DNA of 64,000 bases from the NCBI GenBank assembly GCA_964270895.1, contig OZ185444.1; one strand, 5' to 3'. Below are positions 23,411-35,886 of the stretch, in pieces; the stretch's first letter is position 1, and each line of letters opens with the position of its first letter. The position numbers were made by a program, and so were the translations under genes. The notes below the pieces were generated by a model. The model did no database searches. It saw nothing but the letters and a program-made list of their open reading frames with translations, and had not been told where the DNA came from. The DNA comes from Podarcis filfolensis (Eukaryota).

Positions 23411-26400
23411 GGCGGCTTCCAACAAAATATTAAAATACCGTGATACATCAAACATTAAAAGCTTCCCTAAACAGGGCTGCTTCATGAAAACACAATTTAG
23501 CAAAATATTAGGAAACTCATATGTAGGAAAGCAAAAATACTACACTAGCTTTCAATTCACTAATCTCCATTTTGAAAAATCAGGTAAGCAATTAAAGAAA
23601 CAAATATGGATTATAACTAATATATAAAAGTACACTGGACAAAATTTTAAATTACTTTTGTTCTTTCCAGCCTGAGATCTAGACTTTCCATACTGACCAC
23701 CCTGGCAATAGACACTATTTCATCATAGGATTGTTCATCATTCCGATCTCATTAATGACTCCAAGTAAATTTTACTGTGTCAGGCATTCTATCTCCAGAG
23801 CAAGGTTTGAGTAACTGAAAGGCAGCAGGGGTGTACAGGTAAGAAAACATGGGTAGAAATTATGATGGGATTCTGAATCTTGGAATCTTTTACCATGCTT
23901 ATCTACATGTTCTGAAATGTCTTTCCACAAAATAGAATACTAGTTTTCTTCTTTCAAAGAAAGCAGAGATGCAGCTAAATTTCAATACTGTATTAGAGTC
24001 CAAGTGTGATTTCTGTACATAAGCAAATACGGGTTATAATAAACACTATGATAGTTGGGATATAGGACAATACTCATACATTTTACCTCTTCATGATCCT
24101 GGTTCACTCTGCTGGTTGGTGTTGAGGGGGTAGTAAGAACTGAATGATTCTCAATGGCTAAATCTGCTGTTCCGGCAATAAATTCTAACAGTTGTACCTT
24201 TGGGAAGCAATAAGATATTTCAGAACTGTAACTAGACACTCTACTACCATTCTTTTCAAGGAACAGGTTGTGGAGGCTGTTTCGATTCTTGAGTACACAG
24301 AACAAAGTTTGCTGCACAAATAGATAGCAAAAATCCCAAAGCAGAAAAGTGGTTGAGGAATATGGGTGCTCAAAAAGAAAACTACTGGTTAGCTTTAAAC
24401 TGGTCCTTGTTGAGAATGCAGGATTAACCATTAGTGCCAAAATCTCTCAGAGTGCTCCTTTTCTCTCTGTTCACATTCTCCACACCATCCATAATCTTAT
24501 ATACGACAGAAGTATCAAAGATTATGCATGTTGTGGAGAAAGTAGATAGGAATTACTTCTTCACACAGTGCATTAATTAGAAGATTGGCTTCCACATGAT
24601 GTAGCAATGGCTACCAACCTGGGTGGTTTAGACAAATGCATAGAGAATAGGGCTACCATGGTTACTAGTCAATGTTCTCTCTCCACTGTTAGAAGCAGTG
24701 TGCTCCTGTATACAAGTTGCCAGGAATCCTAAGTAAGAATGCAATTGCACTCACATCTTGCTTGCAGGTTTTCAGTAGGTATCTGGTTAACCACTGTGAG
24801 AACAGGATGCGGGAATAAACATTTGAACTGATTCAGCAGGGCTCTTATTATAATTTAAAGGATGTAACATGCCACTATCACATTTGTAAAACAGAGGCTT
24901 GATGGGGAGGGACCTAAAAATTGATTCCAGAATACTTGTTGGATATTTAAAACATGGACATATGTAAGGCTGGAATGGGCTTTAATTCCTTTAGATACAA
25001 GTTTCTGGTACTGTTTTTTTAAGGTGATTAAGTGAATCAGAAATGTGCAGGCATTTGATGATAGGGAAATAAAATGATAAAAAATATTCAAGAATCAAAA
25101 TTACAAAAAAAATCAAAAATCAAAACTTCTAAAGCAAGTTTTCAACAGGCAGAACTTTCCTCAACACATGCTCATAATTTAAAGTACCATAGCAGTTTGT
25201 CTTCATAATGTTTCCGATTAAAGTGACTGCATCCCTGGAATTTAATTCTGAGTTACTCTGACATGAAAGAGCATCCTTTCCATAGAGTTGTGCCAGACAC
25301 ATTAAGAGGGGATTATCTTATTTCATAACCACATAGCTTTTATCCTTACCAAGTTTAGCACAAAAACTGAAGTAGCTTATATGGCTAATATGTGGCTTTG
25401 GCATGGATTGCAGGATTACTGTGTAGCTAATTTAGCTTCATCTACATCACCTTCTTGGCAACATTTTATTCCATTCTTTTAAATAAGCCCACAAAAGTTA
25501 CTAGCCCACAAATAATGCTTACCAATCCACATTTACTTTGTTAGCCATTTTTGTGGCACAGCAACAGGCTGAGATAAAGCAAATTTGAGGTGTTCGTTTC
25601 CCTGCTTGGTCGTCTTAAAGTCCAGCTTACTTGTCATAGGCTATGGCTGTTTTAATTAATTAAATAAATAAAATACTTACACAGGAAACCGATTCATTTT
25701 CCAGTGCTAGTGCCCTACATTTTTTATAGACATCTATTAGATCCACCATATTGCAGCGTTTTAAAAAGCTGGCATATGCACTTGTGATGTCAGCATAGTT
25801 TTCAGGAGCTTCCATATTTTTCTGCAGTATGCCCAGTTTGTCAGGTACCAGGTAATTCCAAGTTAATAGCAGTTCACTAAGAGATGCTTCAAAATCTCCG
25901 CGGTTCTGTAAGTTAATACAAGAGGGGGAAATCTGCTTACGGTACTTATTCGGAACAGGAATGGCAGGCTAATAAAATACAAACCAGTCTTACAAAGTTA
26001 TATTATGCTGAAAAGCAAAAACTAATCACATAGAGCATTTAACTATTTTATGAAAGACTTTAAGGAAAATACCCATATCAATTTCCTCCCCAAGCCTTTT
26101 AAAAATGCATTGTTGTGGCATGGTTTGATTCTAATGAGACAGTAGATAGGAGAAAACATCAAGAAAACATCAAGTAGATAGGAGAAAACATCTATATGGA
26201 CTGGTCACTGTTTCTAAGATTTAAAGCTACATATCAAAATCATCATGTGACTTAGAGCCATGAGACATACTTTAGACTCATCTTCCTATGGCCACTTACA
26301 GCCTTTACTGCTTTCCTCACTCTTCCTTTCCTCAGTTTTCATATTTATACCAATGCCTTACTTCCTGGAAATATCAGGCCAGTGTGGTGCAGGACTAGGA

Positions 26401-29400
26401 CATGGGGGACCAGGGCTCAAATCCTCACTCAACTATGAAACTCACAATGAGACCTTGGGCCAGTCACTGCCCCTCAGACTAACCTGCATCACCAGGTTGT
26501 TGTGGATATTAAATGAGAGGAAGAACCATGTATGCCTTTAGCTCCTTGGAGAAAAGGGTGTGTGTGTAACAAATGTAATAAATAAATACATATATTAAAG
26601 GGTTTGTAGAGCCTGGTCTCCCACAGACACTGACCCTTACATATTTATTTTATTCATTAAATTTCTATTCTGCCGTTCCCCTCCAAGGAGCTCATGGTAG
26701 CAAACAACACAGTAATAAAACTGTACATATTAAAAAAAACATATTTTAAACACTTAAGAATGACTAATACCATCTAAATACATTTAAAAGGGCTGCTTAC
26801 CTTCCCCACGGTGGCAGCATCATATGCCATCAAACCATTCCCTGGACAAATGATTGGTGGAGTGGATTGGCATCAGACTAAAGCTGAACTTACATCCAAT
26901 TGAAATGATTTGGACAAGCAAGTCTTTATCTATACAGTGGTACCTCGGGTTAAGTACTTAATTCGTTCCAGAGGTCCGTACTTAACCTGAAACTGTTCTT
27001 AACCTGAAGCACCACTTTAGCTAATGGGGCCTCCTGCTGTTGCTGCGCCGCCGGAGCACGATTTCTGTTCTCATCCTGAAGCAAAGTTCTTAACCTGAAG
27101 CACTATTTCTGGGTTAGCGGAGTTTGTAACTTGAAGCGTATGTAACCTGAAGCGTATGTAACCTGACATACCACTGTACTACATTGATTTCAATAGGAAG
27201 TAAATGTCATCTGTGTCCAGTCCACTCACCATGTTCACACGTCATGCTATGCCAGTGTTTCTCAAAGGGTGTGGCATGCCACACTAGTATGTCAGGAGAG
27301 GATGGCAAGGGCAGCAGGAAGATTTGAGGACAATCATTCAGTGTAGTATAGTATCAATTTTTTATTATTATTTGCAGAATATGGATAGATATCTTTTCAA
27401 AATGAGAGGAAGAGCACCAAGTGATACTGGGGACAATCCTAGCTGTGATCCAGAATTGCTGTTTGAACAGAGTGCTTGAAAATAGCATTGGCTATTCTTC
27501 TACAGTTCTCCACAACGTACTGTTGTGAACAGGGATTTTCAACTCTGACAAATATGAAAGATTCCAAAAGAGAAAAAGGCCTTGATAAAGAGATGATAGT
27601 TTGTCTGCCTCAAATTAGACATAATATAAATGAGATTACCTGACAAAAGCAAGCTCGCGTTCAATGAGAGGTGTGAGTTTATATACATATTTATGGTACA
27701 TATGTAAGAGGCTCTTCTATCATATTTTGGGAATGATTCATGTTCTTATTTAGCTGCATTGTTTTATACTTTCCGGATGCCCCCTGATCATATTATAAAA
27801 TTGTTGTTGTTGTTTAGTCATTTAGTCGTGTCCGACTCTTTGTGACCCCATGGACCAAAGCACACCAGGCACTATTATAAAGTAGTTGTGTTCTATTTTA
27901 TAAATCAAGCACTGATAGGATGTCTTTCTTACTGTTTTCCAATGTATTTCTTATCAATATTCAATGTGGTGCAAGCAAATTTTTATTCTGAAAGTGTAGT
28001 CCAGAGAAAAAAGTTTGAGACCCACTGTGGTTTAGTATTACAGTATCTGCATGAGAAGAAATGAGCCACAGTGAGACTTCCATCATGCAACCATTTAGAA
28101 AAGTTTATAAGTTTTTTACTTTCCTTTGCTTAACTGTGGTTTTGCTGTGACTGACAAATTGTTGCTAAATTAACTATAGTTATTTTCAAATCAACCAAAC
28201 TCAGATTGTTGTTTCTGAAGTTGGCTTGTGTACACCATAGGTGGCTTAACTAGTGGGTCAGGAGGCCACACCAGGTGGGTTGTGGCAATGCTGCTGCTGC
28301 TGCCATGTTGAACTTTAGCTAAGACTAAATCCCACCTTCCTGTAGCTATGCCTGTATTGAGGTACTACATGGAACAAAGGTACTCTGTTCACTTGCTGGT
28401 CTATATCTATGGCATTCTGGACTTCTCCTGGAATGAAAGTATGCTGGGAACTAGAATGCAGAAGTGTTTTGCTGGGATAGTTTGGCTGCCTGGTAGTTGC
28501 CATCATAGCAGCTGGTGGGGGCCCAGGAAGTGATGGCAAAAGTCTGGTGGTTGCAGCTCTTTTTTAAAAAAACACTGTTTTGAAACCAGTTCTTTGAAGT
28601 GTAACTACTAGTTAAGCTTCAGAATAATTCAGTCAAAATCTTTTCTCACAAGATGAAGAATTTGCAGAGCTTAACTGTGTTTATACTGGTATTGTAAAAA
28701 CATTTTAAATCCAAATAAAAATGCTGTCCAGATATCAGTTTTCATGATCAGGTGCCCACCGTGACAGCATATTATTCATAGAAAGGATTGTGAGAGTTTG
28801 TGGTAGGACTCAGAAAATGTTTTGCTAGGAATAAATGCCAGCTGGCTAATTTATAAAGGAAGTTCACAAAGTTCAACACTTTAATTCTCTGATAGACAAC
28901 AGGAATATTATATTTCACAAGGGTAAAGTGAAAAAAATCAAACTTTTACCAATCTTAAAGCCCTGCAGTTCTTCCAAATGTTTTTTGGAATAATCATGTA
29001 CTTTCTGAACATATTACTACAGAGCTTTTTTGTTCTAAATTCCAAATTTCTAACAAAATTTCTTTACAGAAATTATTAAATATATATTTCAAATAATTAC
29101 ACCGAAAATGGAAGTATGTTGCATCATGTTACTATAGAGGAATTACAAAGAAACCATGGTACCTATATGTTAGTGTAATGAAAAAATAGGTATAAAATGA
29201 GAATTCCTGTGTGCCAAGTTTGGGGCAAGTACTCTTTGGTACAGCAGAGATTTAAAATCACTAAATATGCAGCATACTAAAACATGGAAATATAGGCTGT
29301 TAGATCTATAAAATATGCCCTTGTGAGTTCCAAAGCTTCCTTCTTTCCCTAACATAGAAATCTGGTAAGTTAAAAATGGTTTACTTACAAACTCTCCAAA

Positions 29401-31195
29401 GGTCAGTTTCATGTGTTTTTCCATACAGCATTCAGAAAAGGTTGTACAGACAGTATTATTAGTAGTATTTATTAATTTTTCCTACCACCCTTGATCTATA
29501 TATTTTAGTAAAACTTGGCTTAGTTGCATAGTGGTGAAAGTTCCAAAATTATTGATACAGGAATTCAAGAGAGGCTTGTTAGAGACATGCGGCTAAGCTG
29601 GAGCAACCAACTTAGCCTCTTCACACACTGCATTCATCAGGTAGATTGAAGTGGCTTGATTAACTCCCTCCCTCAAAGTGAGCTAAACCTGGCAGGACAG
29701 TTTAACCCCTTTGTGCATTAACTAGACTAAGCATGTTAGTAATATGAGGCTGGTGATTTGTAAGTTTGCTAACTAAAATAAAATTATAATAAAATGCAAA
29801 TATAAAACCTCTGCTGAACCAGCTGCCAGAGAGGTGCAACAGAGGCCCATACTGGGTACCCTCCAATCACATGATTAGTAGCAGGGCAGGCCCAGGATCC
29901 AGTGGATCCTGTGCTGGCCCAACCCCACAGAATTGCAGTTGTTTCTGAAAGCAGCTTCCATACACTAACCATTTGGGCAAGCACATTGGGGTGCTCCCTG
30001 CAGAGCCCCCACACCAGCAGAGGGGTTTGGATTGCTCTGTCTCTTTTAAAAGTTATGTTAATTCATCGGACAGAAACAATGCTTATTTTTGGTCTGGTTT
30101 GATAACAATGTTTGTTTGCCCTTGCAAACCACCAGAACAGCAGAGGCCAATAAAGGTTCCAACTTTTCACTAAAGATCTTTGTTAAACAAAAATATATCA
30201 TATGTCAGAAAAGTGTATATATAACTATAAGCATAATGTTACAGATGCAACTGAAAAACAAGTTCCTCACTAACCCTCCCCACTTTTTCATCTGCTTATA
30301 ATTTTATGATGTAAAATCCTTTTGAGCTGAAAATTTCCATGGTCAGTCTCAGCAGAAGAAAGTGAGCTTTCCTGGAAAAGTCTGCTGAGGTACTTCATCC
30401 TTCAGCTGCTTGCACTTGAACAAAGAAGAAAAAATTGGTTCCACTGTAACCAAGTTACACAAATGCTAACCTTGCAGTAATTGTAACTTGAATTATATGT
30501 ACTTCCAACTTTATTAGAAATGTAGTCCTCATTAAGATCCTAAGTCATTTAAGTAGTTAGGCATATATTTAAAGACACACACATGGATATGCTAAACTGA
30601 TTCCATTCCAAAGAAAAGAAAATTAAAACATATGTTATGTTAACAGCCAAAACATTAAGCATCTAACACTTCCCAACATTCTGTTACGCTTGAGTTTGAC
30701 AAAGAAACAGAAGTCAGGGGCCTTATTCCTCATCCTCAGAAGTCGGTTTATTCCTGTAACAGTGTTACCTTTTAACTTTTTCCAGTGAGGATGAATGGTT
30801 TCCAGTCAATGGCATGGGGAAGAAAGAAGAGTGTTCGGTGGAACTCATACATATAGCAAAAAAGCCACATTTTCCCATTGCATCTGAAACAGCTCAATGA
30901 GAAATATAAGCAGCATTTTGAAGAGGCTAGCAAGACTCCTCCCTTCTCAAGCATCAGAAGCAGTAAAGGCATCCTTCAGCTTTATCTGGGCAGCTTGTGA
31001 ACGAAGTATTCAAGACAGAAAATTTTCCTAACTTTGTTCACTAACCTTTTTATTGACCTCAGCAACCGATAGGTACAAAGCCATCAGCATGCAATCTACA
31101 CCACACACAGTAGTCCTTTCAGATTCTGAAAATAAGCGCCATTCTTTTCGAAAACACTGAATAATATTCAAGATCCTTTGCTGAAGGGAAGCCAT
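6802..31195 (-). CDS. PARPBP: PARP1-binding protein / PCNA-associated recombination inhibitor (PARI), 10 coding exons, 582 aa
   Basis: Exons in transcript order: 31195-31046, 25905-25681, 24197-24087, 23348-23178, 21616-21462, 14950-14767, 13856-13690, 12644-12563, 9649-9487, 7142-6802. All GT-AG with matching phases, total 1749 bp. Recognisable blocks: [85 protein letters not shown], and the C-terminal PIP box QAKLTHFF. Confidence 0.95.
7870..8514 (+). mobile_element. Decayed CR1 ORF2 (reverse transcriptase) fragment
   Basis: Frameshifted remnants resembling CR1 RT motifs (AKFADDTKL, KVMHLG, GSEL...QERDLGV). It appears to continue as a CR1 3' end at 9164-9340 after two MITE insertions. Confidence 0.7.
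8515..8833. mobile_element. Tc1/mariner-type MITE, family 2, with internal tandem array
   Basis: TIR CAGTGGTGCCTCGCAAGA...TCTTGCGAGGTACCACTG with TA flanks. Internal GCGGCTTA/GCGGCTATTA repeats at 8590-8674. Confidence 0.9.
8857..9163. mobile_element. hAT-superfamily MITE
   Basis: TIR CAAGGGCGTAG...CTACGCCCCTG with a perfect 8-bp TSD ACCAGAAC (8849-8856 and 9164-9171). Confidence 0.92.
9770..10330. mobile_element. Tc2-like (TcMar) non-autonomous element A
   Basis: About 30-bp TIR CCGTATTGGCCCAAATATAAGCC... / ...GGCTTATATTCAGGCCAATATGA, preceded by TA. GC-rich interior. Confidence 0.8.
10336..11714. mobile_element. Tc2-like (TcMar) non-autonomous element B with internal foreign sequence
   Basis: TIR CCGTATTTTTCGC...GCGAAAAATACGG with TA flanks. 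Arms are homologous to the short copy at 57549-57808. CR1 3' tails lie inside at 10722-10773 and 10779-10932. Confidence 0.85.
14525..14551. repeat. (CA)n microsatellite
   Basis: Interrupted AC repeat read directly. Confidence 0.85.
16029..16182. mobile_element. hAT-type MITE
   Basis: TIR CAGTGCTTTTTTT...AAAAAAAGCACTG. 8-bp TSD CAAACACT/CAAGCACT (7/8). Confidence 0.8.
17450..18540 (-). mobile_element. Decayed DIRS-like (tyrosine-recombinase) retrotransposon fragment
   Basis: Minus-strand peptides [26 protein letters not shown] (18476-18399, RT-like), [14 protein letters not shown] (from 17999) and [23 protein letters not shown] (from 17705, YR-like). They occur in the DIRS order RT then YR. 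Recognised from recall only. Confidence 0.55.
20275..20500. mobile_element. Tc1/mariner MITE, family 1
   Basis: TA-CAGTGGTACCTC...GAGGTACCACTG-TA. Confidence 0.92.
23378..23473 (-). mobile_element. L2 LINE 3' end with (AAT)n tail
   Basis: (AAT)n run followed by GGGCGGCTTCCAACA...CTTCCCTAAACAGGGCTGC, the reverse complement of the L2 tail at 60530-60728. Confidence 0.8.
24560..24850 (+). mobile_element. CR1 LINE 3' fragment
   Basis: GATGTAGCAATGGCTACCAACCTGGGTGGTTTAGACAAATGCATAGAG...CCACTGTGAGAACAGGATG resembles the reptile CR1 3' region. Confidence 0.6.
26377..26590 (+). mobile_element. Old MIR/Ther1-like SINE
   Basis: Degenerate tRNA-like head, core GACCTTGGGCCAGTCAC, tail AATAAATAAATA. 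Confidence 0.65.
26935..27176. mobile_element. Tc1/mariner MITE, family 1
   Basis: TA-CAGTGGTACCTC...ACCACTG-TA, with a duplicated internal GCGTATGTAACCTGA unit. Confidence 0.92.
27800..27872 (-). mobile_element. BovB (RTE) LINE extreme 3' fragment
   Basis: (TTG)n-TTTAGTC...CCGACTCTTTGTGACCCCATGGACC flanked by the 9-bp TSD TATTATAAA. Same sequence as the start of the 48271 copy. Confidence 0.85.
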
Positions 31196-31564
31196 GATCC
31201 TAAAATTAGAAAGTAAAATAATACTAATTTTACTTAGTTTCAGTGTTAGAAACACAGATGTATAAGCTAATCACCAAATGACAGCTTAAACCTAGGTTGA
31301 GGTTGCCAAAACTGAATGTCTAGGTGGGTTTTTGTGCAAGGAGATATATATATAATTATTTTTCTCTACATTTCTATACCACTTTATATTTTAAAGAAAA
31401 AATTCCAAAGCAGTTGCAACACATTAAAATGCTAAATAAAACAATCAGAATAAAACTAATTCAAGCTTCAATAAAAATCTTTCAGACCCTTCTCTAAGTG
31501 CTTTCCCCATACTTAATTACCTACTTAATTTATATAGCTGCTCTATAGCAGAAGTACTCAGAAG

Positions 31565-31770
31565 TGTGGTTTAGTAGTTAAAGTGCTGGACCAGGACTTG
31601 GGAGATCAAGGTTCAAATCCCCACTCAGTCATGAAGCTCACTGGGCGACTTTGGGCCAGTCACAGTCCCTCAACCTACCTCACAGGGTCATTGCAGGGAA
31701 TAATTGAGGAGTAGGGTGAACCATGTACTCCTTGGAGGAAAAGGTGGAATATAAACGCAATAAATAAGTT
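31565..31770 (+). mobile_element. MIR/Ther1-like SINE
   Basis: A box-like GTGGTTTAGTAGTT and B box-like GGTTCAAATCC, core shared with the other copies, AATAAATAA tail. Confidence 0.7.
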
Positions 31771-33065
31771 GTTCTGCTTACCTGCTTAAGAAAGCTGGAG
31801 AGACCAGCCAGATAGAGATGTCAGTTGCCAACTTGGCATCCAGAGATCTCGTGGTAGCAACTGGACACATGCCAGTAGCAAAATGTGCCTGGCATCTGGC
31901 TAATTTCTAACACTGCTTAGTTTAATTTTGAACTACACAGAAGGGGTAAACCTTTAAAAGAACAGGATAAACATATTCTCCATGACTAGGGGCATGAGAA
32001 GCAAACACATCTAAATGATATTCAATAAGGACATAACATGGCTCAAGAATAAATGTGACATGGAAACAACAGGGAAATATGAAAGATTATTGTAAGATGA
32101 GTTACCAAAGTGACAGTATGACAGAAAAATCCTATGTCATTTGAAGGTACATAAAAATAACCTGGGGGCCAATTCTACATTGGCTTTGTGTGCCAGTTCT
32201 CCATAGGGAACTGGTGCACGCAGGAGGATTTAATCTCTTCTCAGCAGATGAGCTGGGGGTTAAATTCTACTCAGTTTGGCTACATTAGCCAGTTCTTTAC
32301 ATAGACTTGGTGCATGCAACCAACTCAGTGGTCTGTGAGGCCAATCCTGATAAGGATCTGGCCCATGCAGCCAAAAAGATTCCCTAAACCTATCTTAAGG
32401 TAAAAGCCTGAACTACTACAACTATCTGGAGCACCCTAGAATGTCATTTCATCTCATACCATAGTGAGCCCTAAGGCTAGTGAGGTCCAAATTCTGGAAC
32501 TATTTTACTCTAAAGCAGCAATCAGTTCTTAACCAAATATTTGTATTTTGCGTTTTTCTGTTGTACACCACCTTGTGATATTTGGATGAATGACAGTATG
32601 GACATTTATATAATGATGATAAAGTAGCAGCAAAACTATAAGGGAAATTTCTATTGCCTTTCTCTTTGTAGGAATGAGGCATCTTGGAGACATTTAGGCC
32701 ACTATCTATCTTGCTCTAGTACTTTTTGGGGGGGAGGGGGAGCCCCTGAAAGTGGCTGGCATTTTCCCCTTCTACTGGCAGAGTCTTTTTTCAGGTTCTG
32801 CTAATTTGGCAACTATGCCCATTCCTGAAAAAGAGACACTTGAACACTGATGCATGCCCTCCTAATCTCTCATCTAGACCGTTTCTCTTCAACTGGTCAC
32901 ATACATGGTAAAAACCTTTTAAAAGCGAGGTGAGAGGAGAAAATGTCTAACCAAGCACCTGCTAAGAGTTCAAGAAAGCCTTCTTCACACATTCCACGTA
33001 CAGTAATAGATTATATGCCTAATCCTCCCGTGTCAGTGTAGCACATTGGCAGCGTAGCACATTCC

Positions 33066-33300
33066 CGGTTTTTGTAAATAACTTTTATTTGACTTTAAGA
33101 AGATATAAACATATAACAAAAGCAATTGAAAAACCATATAAAGATATTACTCTGAATCTCAGGACCCTTCCCCTCCATGGGTCCTAATAACAATGTTTAC
33201 AACTGCTTATCAGTTCGTTGTCCCTTTTTTTTAATGCATCTAAATTGTCCATATTTTTTGTTACTTTACAAGCGTAATTAAAATCCTGCTACACATTTCC
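33066..33300 (-). mobile_element. Possible L1-like LINE 3' UTR fragment
   Basis: T-rich start with TTTTATT (minus-strand AATAAA) and a composition like reptile LINE tails. Weak. Confidence 0.3.
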
Positions 33301-33478
33301 ATCCAGCATGGGATGTACTACTGCTAGGAGCAAGAAGAGACCAGGGCGTTGTTCGCTTCCCCCGATCAGTTGGCAACCCGAACTTCTAGCAACGGCGTTA
33401 TTAACGTCCTCCCCGCCCCCCCCCGCCCCCGCTCTCCCTCTGCTCGTCCGACAGAGCTACGGCCACCACCCTACTCAC

Positions 33479-33570
33479 CCTGCAGTCGCGGGACAAGAAC
33501 CGCAGAAGCTGGGACTCAAAAGCCCGGTGGGTTGCTAAGCAACCCTCAGCACGCTCCGCCAACCGGCTGT
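33479..33570 (-). other. PARPBP: Non-coding first exon of PARPBP (5' boundary approximate)
   Basis: Minus-strand donor CAGG|GTGAGT (intron starts at 33478) inside the CpG island. The next exon has its acceptor at 31200 with the ATG 4 nt in. Confidence 0.6.
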
Positions 33571-33659
33571 TCGCGGCGGTTTAATTTCAAACTCGTCGGC
33601 ACCAGCCAATCAGCATGCGCGGCGCTCCGTGACCCGGAAGAGGTTTGTCGCGGTTGCGG

Positions 33660-33723
33660 GCAAATACCGGAAGTGCTGAGTTCTGACAAATTCTTCGCGG
33701 GAGAGTGCCGCTCAGAGAATGAG
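33660..33723 (+). other. NUP37: Non-coding first exon of NUP37 (5' boundary approximate)
   Basis: Donor GAG|GTGCGG at 33723/33724 just after the ETS motifs. Coding exon 2 has an acceptor TTCAG at 35835. Confidence 0.5.
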
Positions 33724-35192
33724 GTGCGGAAGTTTGGAATTATTTTTTTTTTAATGGTGGGAGATCTTATGAATATTATGCTGGATCAGGGCACGTGCGG
33801 TCTAACGGCTGTTTCCAGTCTCTGAGGGGTGGGAGGGTGGAGATCTGCGGAGGTTGCATCGCCTCAGTCTTCAGGGCAGGGGAGAGGGTAGATTAAAAAT
33901 TTTAACACGGAAGCTCAACGCTGTACTGTGCGAGGAATACCTCATCTAGATAGAAACATTGTTCTGAGGGCCGGTTGAAGCGTCTAGGAAAATATGTAGC
34001 ACGTTTCTGCCTGCGCTGTGTGTTGCACCCCTAGGAAGTACTGGATGGGAACTACGCGTTGCTCAAGATACAGCAGCGGTAGCACTGGAAGCCGTTTTGT
34101 ATTTGATATGAACTAATAGGCTCTCCTTTCTATTTTATATCAAAGGTTGCTGGCATGGAATGTTTATGCACACTTAGGAAGAACCACTTGATAAGCAACT
34201 TTCAAATATTGCAGCCAGCCTTGATTTTTCTAAAAGCCTTGCTACTGCCACCTCACTCTGGATATTGTACAGCAGCCTTCCCCAGCCTGGTGCCCTTCAG
34301 TTGCTTTGGGCTCCAAAGCCCATCAGCCCCAGTCAGTATGGCTAGGAAACGATGGTTCCAGCCGCAACTATAAAGCGCCAGTTTGGGGCTGGGAGAGGCT
34401 GTTGTACAGGCTGCTTCTATTTCTCTCAAAATTGGCACGAGCAGTCAAACCTGAACAGTTATTTTTGAGGTACAGAAGAAGAGTTGTTGTGAAGTAACAG
34501 CAACAGGAAAAACTACATGCAAAAAAGACCCACTTCAAATAATGAACAGTAACCTGTTGTGAAAGAATGTTTAGTTTCAATAAGCACTGGCGTTAAAAAT
34601 TTAAAAAGTATCATAGATCTTTCCAAATGGAAATGAGAGAAATGTTTTGATTATTTGCAAAGCCCATGGTAGAATTGTTTCATTTTCTTATATTTATATC
34701 CTGCCTTTTTCCCCATCATGGAACTCAAGGCGGTGTACATGTGGTTTTCAGGCTGTCACCCATCCAGGTACTGATCAGATCCCACCCAGCTTATCTACAG
34801 TTCATATACCTTTAGACCACCACCACTGTGCTTTATGCCTTGATTCTAAAGGGTGTTTAAACATTAGGACCGTCTATTTCTATGAATATTCCTTCAAAGT
34901 AAAACCTTTAGGGGAAAAGATAAGATCTTCATATGCCTGAGGAATAGCATCATTTATATATAACTTGATGGTACAAAACTACATATGTATCCAAACATAG
35001 TTATCTAAAAGAAATATTTTCCCATTATGGTGCTGTTCTTTTTCCTTTGCAGCACAGTAAGATATGTATTCAGAAGTGAAGCCTAGTCTACACAGTCGCT
35101 TGTTTTCCTGTAACTCCTTCTCTTTACCTATCTATAGCCATTCTATTAAACTGTAATAGATATATAATAAATATATTCCTTCAGATGAGGAA

Positions 35193-35195
<3 letters not shown>

Positions 35196-35236
<41 letters not shown>
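35196..35236. repeat. (TA)n microsatellite, about 20 units
   Basis: Read directly. Confidence 0.97.
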
Positions 35237-35237
<1 letters not shown>

Positions 35238-35886
35238 CATAATACCTACTGTAAATAACATTTACAGCAAGAATGTATTATTACACTCTGCTTACTATTT
35301 CATGTTGTCTGTTGAACTATTTGTATGCTTTATTTAATTCAATTCTGAAAGTTTGTAGGCTGCCCAAGGAACATGTTTGATGGGTGGAGTAAAAGTGCCT
35401 TAACTAAAAATAACAGAATGAGGTGGACTTTTTAGACCTCAGGTGAAGGATGACATTTTTTAAATGCTGCTATGTGCCCAAGACCTTGTATATGTTTTAA
35501 AAACCAAAGCTAATATATAAAAAAGGAAAGGTTTAAGCCCAGTCCACTCTTTGCTATGCTGGGTTTTTTTCACTTGTGCAAAGACAAAGTTCAAAACTCT
35601 ACTCATTGTCCAGTCTACTACTTCTGAATTATATTGCATTATATTCCTGTGTGTGTAGACCATATTTATCTTCCATTGATTTCAATGCAACTTCCAAGCA
35701 TTTTTTGTTAGGTTGAAGCCTCAAACTGCAATTGCTTACTTGAGCAAAAGTGTTATTGGCACAGTGAAACTTAGCTCTGAGTAAAAGCAGATAACTGACA
35801 GCCCAATTGTATTCATGTGTGCGTTTACAATTCAGTACCTTCTCCAACTGAAGAGCCTACTGTTGACTTGAATCCGTTTACTGAAG

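Larger units (their letters stand above)
33310..33800. promoter_or_regulatory. CpG island and bidirectional promoter shared by PARPBP and NUP37
   Basis: CpG-dense segment between divergent first exons. CCAAT at 33606-33610, GCATGCGC (NRF1-like) at 33613-33620, CCGGAAG at 33634-33640, CCGGAAGTG at 33667-33675 (ETS/GABP), TTCAAA at 33586-33591 (CHR TTTGAA on minus). Confidence 0.85.

Noticed and set aside
27253-28027. Possible Charlie-like hAT element bounded by CAGTGTTTCTCAAA and TTTGAGACCCACTG
   Set aside because: There is no matching 8-bp TSD, and I could not show that the two ends belong to one element.
33308-33825. 76- and 158-aa ORFs in the bidirectional promoter
   Set aside because: These are a CpG-island composition artefact with no homology.
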